Positions 29,057-37,569 of a stretch of 42,618 nt of DNA are shown here, piece by piece (within the stretch, counting starts at the first letter, position 1; the number at the start of each line of letters is the position of its first letter). The DNA is from Myxococcota bacterium. Lineage in GTDB: Bacteria > Myxococcota_A > UBA796 > UBA2385. The stretch covers positions 1-42,618 of the forward strand of contig JBIJDH010000042.1 of assembly GCA_044344255.1 (NCBI GenBank). Reading direction: 5' to 3'. Made by a program: the position numbers and the translations under genes. The notes under the pieces are model-generated. The model ran no database searches. It had not been told where the DNA came from and saw nothing but the letters and a program-made list of their open reading frames with translations.

Positions 29057-32000
29057 CTACCTCCGAGTCCTGAAGAGTGGGCCCAGGTCACGGGCTGCGG
29101 CGGGAGCTGGGGCCGGCGTAGAAGCGACCGCAGGCGAGGGAGCCGGCACCGCCGTCCCCTCCAAGATCGCCTTCGCATGCCGCTCGCACTCCGCCCACGA
29201 CTCCTCCGGGGTCTGTGCGAGCTGCCAGTCGAGGAAGCGCTCGCCCATCGCTCCGGCGACGGGCTGCGGGGAGCGGGCGCGGTCGTCGTAGACGCCGACA
29301 TCGACGGAGCGGGTGAGGCCGAGGTCCGCGAGGCAGAGGGCCTCGGGGAGCATCCATCCATCGCCCGCGTGCTGGTCGCAGAAGGCCTGGATGCCCGCAT
29401 CCCGCCCGCCGGCGGCGGCGATGGCGCGCTGCAGATCGTCGAAGGCGACCAGCGAGAGGACGGTGTGGCGCAGCTCGGGGGGCTGGGCCTTGTCTACGCG
29501 CCAGAAGCCCTTGGGGTCGAGGGTGCGGCAGAAGCCCTTCTCGGCGAGGCGGGCGGTGGGGTGGTCGCAGTCGCGGAGGATCCAGGCGAAATCGTCGCGG
29601 TCGAGGCCGTAGAGGGTGGCGACGATGGCGTCGAGCATACAGCGGAGGCGGAGGCGCTCGTGGGGCGTCAGTGCAAACCGAACCTGCTCAGTTGGCGACC
29701 GGTTCAGCCACCATCCCGCAAAAAGTGGATGCGTGCAGTTGAGCGCCAACACACCGCGGTCAAGGCCGGGAACGGTTAGCAAGTCGTGGGGAATTGGGGC
29801 CTGCGAAAGATAGTACCGACTCACGTGTTGCCCCGTGAGATTCGAACGCACAGAGTAGTCGAAGACGAATGAGTTCATGGAGGCACAAAGCCGAAGGTGT
29901 GCCTCAACCGAATCCGCCGCAGCGATGACTACGGCGTTGTTCACTGAATGCCCTGTTGGAACTGCTGGAAGGCAGCTGGCGATCACTGTCCGCGTATTGG
30001 TTGCCCCCGTTACGTCCATCACTGCGACTTTGGGACCGAGAAAGCACTTGGCCGAGCCCATGAATGTGTCGCGTGGAACGTAGTATTGGGCTCCTGTTTC
30101 AGACGTAGCGCCGGGCGGAAGGACACCCCACCGCGCGGCCCGCCCCTTTCCTGACTCCCAGCGTGCGCAGAACGCTTGGTACTGGTCAATACTTCGCCCT
30201 TCGACGAGCGGAAGGAATATGTCCTCCCCCTTGGTAAGTAGACCATTAGACGCACAGTAGGTGCCAGCGTGTTCCAGGTCCGACCTGTGTTCAAACTGGC
30301 TTCGATCATCCTTCATGTTGAATTCGCGGGAAAACTGAATGCCGAAATCGCCATGCCCATCTCCACCGAACCGGCCGTTCTCAAGGGAAAGCCGGGTGAG
30401 TACACGAAGGGCGACGGGATTGGGCAAGAGCGGAAGCCCGTAGGTCGTTCCAGATACCGTTTCGATCAGAGTTCTGGAAACAAGCATGTGGCTCGGGCGC
30501 GCCTCGGACCACCGTTCCAAGTCGCTGACCATCGCGGCGCATCGCACATCCACGGTGACGGATCCGCGTGCTGCGATCACTGCAGAGAACCTGCTGGATC
30601 GGTGAATCGGGAACAGTTCGTCCTGGTTGGTGAAGTCGAACATCCACTCCCACGAGCATTCCTGCAGTAAGTACCTTCGGATCTCGTCTCCGCCCTTCTC
30701 GGAAGCAAGAATTGTCGGAACTATGACCCCAATCCGGCCTCGGGGATGGAGAATCGAGACAGCAACCTCCATGAACGCCCGGTAGGTGTACAGTTTCCCC
30801 CCACCTTGCCGGACGAACGGTCGCTTTGACTGTTTATTGGTGGAACCTACGTTCTTGACCCAGTTCGTCATTGTTCGTACGCGATCGTTCTCCGCCAGCC
30901 AGCGGGTCTCCACATCCGATTCGGCAGCCATAAGCTCCAGGCGGCGCGTCTCAGCACGGGCTGGATCGTACCCGCGGTACAGGGCGTCCTCGTTAGAGAA
31001 GAACTCCAATGCCTGTACCGTCACCGTTTCCCAGGGCGGGTTCCCCACCACCGCGTCAAACCCAGCCCCCTCCACGGTGAACACGTCGGGGAACTCCAGC
31101 TCCCAATGGAAGAAGCGAAGCCGATCCCGAACCGCCTTCGCCACCCCCTTCGCTGCCTCGCTGGGTGCATGGAGGTCGCGCGGCCCGGGCACGTCGGCGA
31201 TCCGGTCCAATGGCCAGAACCAGAGCGCGCACCAAGTGTCGAAGGCCGTCCGCACCAGAGTCAGCGCTGGGTCCGTCTGGATGCGCTCGCGCCAGATCCG
31301 CGCCCGCTCGTGCGGCATCCCCGCCGGCACCGCCCGGAGCTCGCGGTACAGCCGGCGCACCCGCGCCACCGCGGTCTTCAGCTCTTCGTCCGAGGTCCCC
31401 CCCGGGAACAGCCGCGCCTGGCTGCTCAACAGCGCGGCCTGCTCCGCGATCACCACCGTGCGGCGAGCCTTCAACGCGTCGTGCCAGGTGTCGGCTGCGT
31501 GGTGGACGCCCTTCCACTTCTTGTCGGGGCTCTCGCGGTCGAAGGCGAGCAGCGGGTAGTCGCGGAAGCGGTCGAGCCACGTTCCGATGAGCGCGTTTCC
31601 GCAGCGCAGCTTGTGGTCCAGAAAGGTGAAGGGCAGCCGCTTGTCGAGGGTCTCCACCCAGAGGGCCACGCGGCCCAGCTCAACGGCGAGGGGGTCGACG
31701 TCTACCCCATAGAGGCAGTGCTCCACGACGGCGCGGCGGGCCAGGGCGTCGAGCCGCTCGTCCATGGCGCCGGACGCGGAGGAGGCGGGGATGCGGCGGT
31801 CGCCCTCGGGGAACGCGTCGCAGCGGATGGTGGTGCCGCCGTTCTCTGAGGACAGGCGCCCATGGACATGCAGCGACTCGACCAGGGCGGCGGTGAGGGT
31901 GCGCAGGGCCGCCACGAGGAAGCTGCCAGAGCCCATCGCAGGGTCACAGACCTTGAGCGCGAGGAGCTCCTCGGGGCGGCGGAGGGTGCGGGCCGCGTCC

Positions 32001-33784
32001 TCGCCGGTGTACAGCAGGGGCTCCAGCGTCCGCCGGACGGTCGGCATCGTGAGCTGGGGGCGGGTGTAGAAGGTGCCGGCGCCCTTGCGTGTGCCACCCC
32101 AGCGCACGAGGAAGAGCTCGCCCGGGAGCTTCACGTCGGCGATGAGCTGGTTGGCGGCGGCGTCGAGGTCGCGCAGGTAGCCGGGGTCAGTGGGCTTGCC
32201 CTTCTTCACCAGCTTACCCACGCGGGCGGCCCGGCGGCCCCAATCGACGGCGCGGGCCCGGGCGGCGGCGCGGCGGTCGTCGGGGCGCTGTTCGGCCGGC
32301 GCCTCGGCCTCCACCGCGGGCGCGCCCGCCGCATCGTCGTCCTCCTCGGCCTCGTCGCTCGGTGCGTCGTCCTCTTCGGCGTCGTCGCCGGCCTCCTCCG
32401 CGGCGGCCTTCTTGACCTTTGCCTTCTCAACGAGGGCGGACAGCGTCTTGTCGTCCATGCCTTCGAGGCGGTCGAGCGGCAGGGCGGGCTGATCGCCGAG
32501 CGCCAGGAACACGATGGGCTCGGCGTCGGCCCGCCGCAGCTCGTAGTCGAGGAGCCCCTCGTAGAGGATGCCGATGTACTCGCTCGTGAGCTCGGTGAAG
32601 TCCACCGGGGCCGCGACCCTCCGCCAGACGGCGCCCTCGCGCACCCGGATCTCGGTGCGGGTGAGGAGCACGAGGATGCGGTGGATGGCGTCGTCGTCGG
32701 GCGGGTCGGTGATGGCTTCGAGCAGGGTGAGGGCGCGCTGGACGCCATCGCCGCTGGGGTCGCCGATCTTGAAGAGGTCACCTCCATAAGCGGGCACGGC
32801 GAGCGCGGGGTGCGGAGAGCCCGCGTGGAGGAGCCGGAAGAGCGCGAGGAGGCGGGGCCAGGCGGCGTGTCGGGCGCGGCGCCGCTCGGGGGTGAGCCGG
32901 TCGAGCTGGTCCTGCAGGCCCCGGAGCCCGTAGGCGTGGTGATAGACCGGGTTGTCGATCGGCAAGAGCTCGCGGGCTTCGGCGAAGAGCACCACCACGA
33001 GGCGCATGACGAGGTGGCAGGCCGCCACGTAGACGTCGGTGCCGGCGTGGTGCTCCCAGGCCGGCGCTACCACGGGCGCGCGGGCGTGGAGGAGGGCCTC
33101 GACGGAGCGCCGCACGCGCTCGCCCAGCTCCTTGCTGAGCTTCGCCTGGCCGCGCCGCGTCTCGCGGATGGCCAGCAGCAGGGGGGCGTGGGCGGCGCCG
33201 CTCCGGGCGAGGGCGGGCAGGGAGAGCACGCGGCGGAGCACATCCAGCGGCGCCGAGAGCACGTCGGCGTCGAGCCAACGATCGGCGTCCCACTCCACCC
33301 AGGCGAGGCTGTCGGTGTCTGCCCAGACGAAGCGCCACTCGCGGCCGTTGGTGAGGAGCCCGAAGGGCAGGCTCCGCCGGCGCAGGTACTCGACGACCTG
33401 GGCCACGGGGCGACGCCCGACGCCGACGCCGATCCGCTGAGCAGGCGTGGTGAACACCGCGAGGCGCTCGCCGTCGGGGGCCTCCCACACCCGGCGCGGC
33501 TTGAAGGCGGTGCCGTCCAGGAGCCGCTCGGCGTCGGCGGCGCCGACGTTGGCGCCCTTCCGCCAGCTCGCGGTGAGCCCGCAGAGCGACTCCAGCACGA
33601 GGTCGAGCAGGGTGGAGAGGGCCTCGCCGCCAGGGCCTTGTGCCGGGAGGGAGACGATCGCGGCCCGGAGCGCGTCCGCGAGGTGGGCGGGCGCTGGGCT
33701 TCGCGTGGGGAGGCCGTCGAGGGCCTCGATGGAGAGCAGGTTCCCGCCGTGACGGAGGCCGGTCCAGGCGTCGTGGAGGCTCAC
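29057..33784 (-). CDS. drmMI: Large N6-adenine DNA methyltransferase (DrmMI/Eco57I-like, type IIG-like architecture)
   Basis: GTG in a GTGA overlap with the SNF2 gene. LLTNGREWR, GILYEGLL, GTFYT, motif I CDPAMGSGSFL, YGVD, FHWELEFP, motif IV GNPPW, followed by a TRD. Confidence 0.88.
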   Translation of the reverse strand: MSLHDAWTGLRHGGNLLSIEALDGLPTRSPAPAHLADALRAAIVSLPAQGPGGEALSTLLDLVLESLCGLTASWRKGANVGAADAERLLDGTAFKPRRVWEAPDGERLAVFTTPAQRIGVGVGRRPVAQVVEYLRRRSLPFGLLTNGREWRFVWADTDSLAWVEWDADRWLDADVLSAPLDVLRRVLSLPALARSGAAHAPLLLAIRETRRGQAKLSKELGERVRRSVEALLHARAPVVAPAWEHHAGTDVYVAACHLVMRLVVVLFAEARELLPIDNPVYHHAYGLRGLQDQLDRLTPERRRARHAAWPRLLALFRLLHAGSPHPALAVPAYGGDLFKIGDPSGDGVQRALTLLEAITDPPDDDAIHRILVLLTRTEIRVREGAVWRRVAAPVDFTELTSEYIGILYEGLLDYELRRADAEPIVFLALGDQPALPLDRLEGMDDKTLSALVEKAKVKKAAAEEAGDDAEEDDAPSDEAEEDDDAAGAPAVEAEAPAEQRPDDRRAAARARAVDWGRRAARVGKLVKKGKPTDPGYLRDLDAAANQLIADVKLPGELFLVRWGGTRKGAGTFYTRPQLTMPTVRRTLEPLLYTGEDAARTLRRPEELLALKVCDPAMGSGSFLVAALRTLTAALVESLHVHGRLSSENGGTTIRCDAFPEGDRRIPASSASGAMDERLDALARRAVVEHCLYGVDVDPLAVELGRVALWVETLDKRLPFTFLDHKLRCGNALIGTWLDRFRDYPLLAFDRESPDKKWKGVHHAADTWHDALKARRTVVIAEQAALLSSQARLFPGGTSDEELKTAVARVRRLYRELRAVPAGMPHERARIWRERIQTDPALTLVRTAFDTWCALWFWPLDRIADVPGPRDLHAPSEAAKGVAKAVRDRLRFFHWELEFPDVFTVEGAGFDAVVGNPPWETVTVQALEFFSNEDALYRGYDPARAETRRLELMAAESDVETRWLAENDRVRTMTNWVKNVGSTNKQSKRPFVRQGGGKLYTYRAFMEVAVSILHPRGRIGVIVPTILASEKGGDEIRRYLLQECSWEWMFDFTNQDELFPIHRSSRFSAVIAARGSVTVDVRCAAMVSDLERWSEARPSHMLVSRTLIETVSGTTYGLPLLPNPVALRVLTRLSLENGRFGGDGHGDFGIQFSREFNMKDDRSQFEHRSDLEHAGTYCASNGLLTKGEDIFLPLVEGRSIDQYQAFCARWESGKGRAARWGVLPPGATSETGAQYYVPRDTFMGSAKCFLGPKVAVMDVTGATNTRTVIASCLPAVPTGHSVNNAVVIAAADSVEAHLRLCASMNSFVFDYSVRSNLTGQHVSRYYLSQAPIPHDLLTVPGLDRGVLALNCTHPLFAGWWLNRSPTEQVRFALTPHERLRLRCMLDAIVATLYGLDRDDFAWILRDCDHPTARLAEKGFCRTLDPKGFWRVDKAQPPELRHTVLSLVAFDDLQRAIAAAGGRDAGIQAFCDQHAGDGWMLPEALCLADLGLTRSVDVGVYDDRARSPQPVAGAMGERFLDWQLAQTPEESWAECERHAKAILEGTAVPAPSPAVASTPAPAPAAARDLGPLFRTRR

Positions 33785-36700
33785 GCGACACCTCCCGGCA
33801 GGCGCACTTCCACGGCGATGGGGTACAGGCGGGCCTCGCTGCGCAAGGTGTAGCGGAGGGGGAGGACCTGCTTCAAGGTCCGGGCCTCCTCGTCGGCGAG
33901 GCGATCGAGGACCTGGTCGTAGTGGCCCTTGCGCAACGCCAGCTCGGCGTCGAGGTCGGCGAGCTGCTTCTGGAGCGCCTGGTTGATCTCCGAGAACAGG
34001 GAGACCTGCCGCGCCTTCTCCCGCAGCTTCTCGGCGTCACCCGCGATGCGGGCGAGCTGGTTGTCGCCGATGGCGCGCTCCAGCTCTCTCCGGCGTTTGT
34101 CAAAGCGCCGCTTCTCGCTCTCCATCACCACCTTGCCGGCCTGCTGGATCCGCTGCCGAAGCCCGGTGGTGAGCTGCCGTTGAAGGGCGACCACGAGCTG
34201 CTTCACCTCGCCCTCCACCTCGTCCCAGACGTCCCGGGCGGCAGACCGATCTCCGAGGGTGGGCGTGCCGGCCCAGGCGCCCGGCGGCGCGTGGGGCAGA
34301 GGGTCACCGAGGGCCTCCCCTCGCACAGGCAGGGCCAGCGTGCGCACCCAGTGGTGGCAGGGCTCGCGGAGCTCGTTGACCGCCAGCTCTTCGACCGTGA
34401 GGAGGATGAGGGCGCTGGCACCGACGGGGACCCCGCCCGTGCGGACGGTCCAGCGTGTGGCCGCCGCGGGGCCCCCTGGGAACCGGTACCGGGCAAAGGT
34501 GGACATCACCCGGTGGTAGAGGGCGTCGCCGAGGTGGAGGAGGCGAGAGTCGGCCTCGGGGAGGTAGACGGGGCGGCCCGAGCGGGTCTGGACGTAGTGG
34601 GCAGCGTCGAAGACCAGCGCCAGCATCGGGCCCGTCGGGCCACCCTCGCGGAGGGTGTGATCGACGAGCTCCTGCCAGACCGCCGGCACCGGGTGTACGA
34701 GGCGCTCTCGGCCGCGCCCGTCCGTCTGGAGCCGGGGGCGGCTGCTCTCCACCGCCAGCGCGGTCTCGAGCGTCTCTCGGAGGCTCGCGGGCGAGAGGTC
34801 GAGCTCGGCCTTGAGCGCGTCGAGGCGGGCCTGGTCGTCGGCGCCGGGCATGGCGAGGCTGGAGGGGAGGTCGTCTGCGCAGTCGGCGTTGGCGGCCTGG
34901 GCGAGGCGAACCGTGCGGTCGAGGTCGGGGGCGGCGGCGTGCTCCTCGTCGGCGAAGTGCGCGAGGATGGCGTCGGCGAAGATCTCGTCGGTCACCACGC
35001 GGTCTTCACGGGTCTGGCTGCGCTTTCGGAGCACACGCCCGAGGAATTGCATCGAGGCGTCGTCGGTGCTGTCGAAGTGGAAGATCTCCACGTCGCGCTC
35101 TTGTCCGTGGCGATCCAGGCGGCCGTTACGCTGCTCCATCCGCCCGGGGTTCCACGGGATGTCCCAGTGGAGCAGGAGGCGGGCGGCGCGCTGCAGGTTG
35201 AGCCCCTCGCCCGCAGCGTCGGTGGCGATCAAGATGCGCGCCGGGTGAGTGGGGCTGTTGAACGCCCGCTTGATCCCATCCCGCTCGGCATCGTTCATGC
35301 CGCCGAAGAGGCTGAGGAGCCACTCTCCGTCCCCATAGCGGGCCCGCAGCCGGGCGCGCAGGTAGTCGAGAGTGGCGAGGTACTCGGTGAACACCACGAG
35401 ACGCTCGTCGGCCTTCCAGCCCTTGCCGCTCCGGAGGCGGTCGTCGATGAGCAGCTCGAGGGCCCGCATTCGCGCGTCCGCCTTCACCTTTGTCGCGCGC
35501 TCGGCGACGGCCGCGCGGTGGTCCACCGGATCGAGGCCCGGCGGCACCCGCGTGACGCCAAGGAGGCCCACGAGCTCGGAGATGGGGACGATCTCACCGG
35601 CGACCTGCGCGCTCCATTGCCGGAGCCAGGCGCCGACCACCTTGCCGGCGTGGCGGTGGCGGCTCTCCTTCTCGGCGTCGTCATCGGTGTCGTCCACCGA
35701 GAGGGCGCTCACGCGGGCCACCGCCTCCGCGTTCGCGCCCGCGTCGCCGAGGCCCTCCACCAAGGCGAGCCAGCTCTGTCCGAAGGCCCACGGGCCAGAG
35801 AGGAGCCGCTTCTGGAGCACCTCGGCGGCGAAGGCCGCCGCTGTCCGGTCGTTGTGCGGGGCCCCGCGCACCGCCGCGCGGAGGGCCTTGCGAAAGTCCC
35901 GGACGGCCAGCTGGAGTGATCGCTCCTGGGCGCCGAAGTGGAGCGCCGGTAGGGCGCGGACGTGCCGATCGGAGAAACGAGCCGGTTGGCTCCGGGTCGT
36001 GTAGCTCTCGTTGATCTCGCTCTTCAGCCGACGAATGACGGCCTCGCCGACGCGGCGGCGGTCTTCGTCGTCGAGCTCCGACTTGCGCGTGAACCGCACG
36101 GGGTCGAGGGACTCCAGCAGGCCCGAAAAGGAGCGCGTGTGCCCGTTGTGGGGGGTGGCCGTCAGGAAGAGGCGGTGCTCGAACCAGGGCGAGACGCGCT
36201 GGAGCATCTTCGAGAGGTCGGAGTCGACGCCGAAGCTCGCGGGGGAGAGGTTGTGGGCCTCGTCCACCACGAGGAGGTCCCAGCGGAGGCGGCCATCGTC
36301 GCCGGGCTCGGCGGCGCTGCGGAAGGCCTCCATCACGTCGGGCTGCTTCAGGTAGTGGTAGCTCGCGATGATGCGCTCGTGGGTGCGCCAGGGGTTGGCA
36401 TCGACCCCCAGCTCCTTCTGGAGCTTCAGGGTCTGCGGGCGGTCCACCACCTCGAAGGGGAGCGCGAACTTGTCCTGCATCTCGTCCCTCCACTGTGTGC
36501 GGAGCGCGGCGGGACAGAGGACGAGGATGCGTCGGATGCGGCGGCGCAACATCAGCTCGCGCAGCACCATGCCGGCCTGAATGGTCTTGCCGAGGCCGAC
36601 CGCGTCTGCGAGCAGCAGCGCCACGCGGGGCATGTCCAGCGCCCGCAGGACGGGGACCAATTGGTAAGCCTCGGGGTAGATCGCGCCGTAGAGGGGGGCG

Positions 36701-37029
36701 GCCAGCGGCGGGCGATCTTCGGCGAGCCCCGAGAAGGGCAGCGAGGGCGTGAGGGCCGACCAGCGCGCCGCGCGCACCATCGCGTCGAGCTCACGAGGGT
36801 CCATCGGCGCGGTGCTGCCCACCTTCGGCAGCGCAGCGGGCTCCAGCACCTCCGCGCCGGGCTCGACCTCCCAGAGCACCTGATCCGCCTCCGCGCCCAG
36901 GCCGTCGCTGTATTCGACATCCACGAGGTGGAAGCGGCCCTGCTCGTCCGCGTCGAAGGGCGCGACCCCGGTGATCATGGCCCGGCGGTTGCGGACAACG
37001 GCCATCATGCCTTCGCGGGGTGCCTGCAC
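33781..37029 (-). CDS. drmD: SNF2-family helicase, DISARM DrmD-like
   Basis: YQLVP, LLADAVGLGKT, QWRDEM..KF, DEAHN, LTATPHNG, ATDAAGEGLNLQ, PWNPGRMEQRNGRLDRHGQ. Start chosen at GTG 37029 (GGAG SD); ATG 37008 is an alternative. Confidence 0.88.
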   Translation of the reverse strand: MQAPREGMMAVVRNRRAMITGVAPFDADEQGRFHLVDVEYSDGLGAEADQVLWEVEPGAEVLEPAALPKVGSTAPMDPRELDAMVRAARWSALTPSLPFSGLAEDRPPLAAPLYGAIYPEAYQLVPVLRALDMPRVALLLADAVGLGKTIQAGMVLRELMLRRRIRRILVLCPAALRTQWRDEMQDKFALPFEVVDRPQTLKLQKELGVDANPWRTHERIIASYHYLKQPDVMEAFRSAAEPGDDGRLRWDLLVVDEAHNLSPASFGVDSDLSKMLQRVSPWFEHRLFLTATPHNGHTRSFSGLLESLDPVRFTRKSELDDEDRRRVGEAVIRRLKSEINESYTTRSQPARFSDRHVRALPALHFGAQERSLQLAVRDFRKALRAAVRGAPHNDRTAAAFAAEVLQKRLLSGPWAFGQSWLALVEGLGDAGANAEAVARVSALSVDDTDDDAEKESRHRHAGKVVGAWLRQWSAQVAGEIVPISELVGLLGVTRVPPGLDPVDHRAAVAERATKVKADARMRALELLIDDRLRSGKGWKADERLVVFTEYLATLDYLRARLRARYGDGEWLLSLFGGMNDAERDGIKRAFNSPTHPARILIATDAAGEGLNLQRAARLLLHWDIPWNPGRMEQRNGRLDRHGQERDVEIFHFDSTDDASMQFLGRVLRKRSQTREDRVVTDEIFADAILAHFADEEHAAAPDLDRTVRLAQAANADCADDLPSSLAMPGADDQARLDALKAELDLSPASLRETLETALAVESSRPRLQTDGRGRERLVHPVPAVWQELVDHTLREGGPTGPMLALVFDAAHYVQTRSGRPVYLPEADSRLLHLGDALYHRVMSTFARYRFPGGPAAATRWTVRTGGVPVGASALILLTVEELAVNELREPCHHWVRTLALPVRGEALGDPLPHAPPGAWAGTPTLGDRSAARDVWDEVEGEVKQLVVALQRQLTTGLRQRIQQAGKVVMESEKRRFDKRRRELERAIGDNQLARIAGDAEKLREKARQVSLFSEINQALQKQLADLDAELALRKGHYDQVLDRLADEEARTLKQVLPLRYTLRSEARLYPIAVEVRLPGGVA

Positions 37030-37299
37030 TCGGGAGTCTCCGGGGTCGCGGACCTGATCCGCCTTGGGGGAGCGACCTCCCCGCGAGGGGGAGCTTCGGA
37101 TTGTAACGAGCACGAACGCTATCGACCCCTCCGCGCCACGGAATCCCGCAAGATGGGTGGAGGTGACCGATGTGCAGATCGCCTCCGCGAGGCCCTGGCC
37201 AATCGAGCGCACCGTGCGCCTTGCGTCCAGGTGTGAGGCGGAGACTCCTCGAACGGGAGGTTTGAACGGCGCGCCCGGTCCTCCCAGCGGGTGCGTCGG

Positions 37300-37350
37300 T
37301 CGATCGCTTCAATCGATCGCTTCGATCGATCGAAGCGATCGATCGCTTCG
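37300..37350. repeat. 13-bp-period repeat containing a perfect 32-bp palindrome and six CGATCG/GATC sites
   Basis: TCGATCGCTTCAA TCGATCGCTTCGA TCGATCGAAGCGA TCGATCGCTTCG. The stretch 37312-37343 equals its own reverse complement. Confidence 0.9.
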
Positions 37351-37569
37351 CCGAAACGAACCGAACAGGTACCCGCAGCGCGCGGGGGGCGCGGGACGTC
37401 CGGAGGGCCACAGCTTCGACCCGTCGTCCTCATCTCCCGCGAAATGCACAACGGCGAACGGTTTACGCTTCGCTTCCACAACCGTTGTGAAAGCAGTGAA
37501 ACCGACCACTTCGCGGTTGCCGCAACTCCTGCGAGCAGGTATCATGGTACCGAAACAAGAGGCGCACAC

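Noticed and set aside
24016..29340. CRISPR array or classical integron attC sites
   Set aside because: The repeats are long gene-derived segments separated by kb-scale genes. There are no short regularly spaced repeats, no cas genes, no tyrosine integrase and no attC-like structure.
31862..37236. Long plus-strand ORFs (663, 759 and 424 aa), and likewise 9709..11406 and 39410..41338
   Set aside because: Antisense shadows of the MTase, SNF2, SF1 helicase and recombinase genes.
37030..37569. ORF-track N-terminal extensions of the SNF2 gene (to 37212) and the recombinase (from 37291), and similar extensions at 12240, 8905, 7169, 5244, 4133 and 22292
   Set aside because: Downstream starts have SD sequences or stop/start overlaps and coincide with where domain similarity begins.
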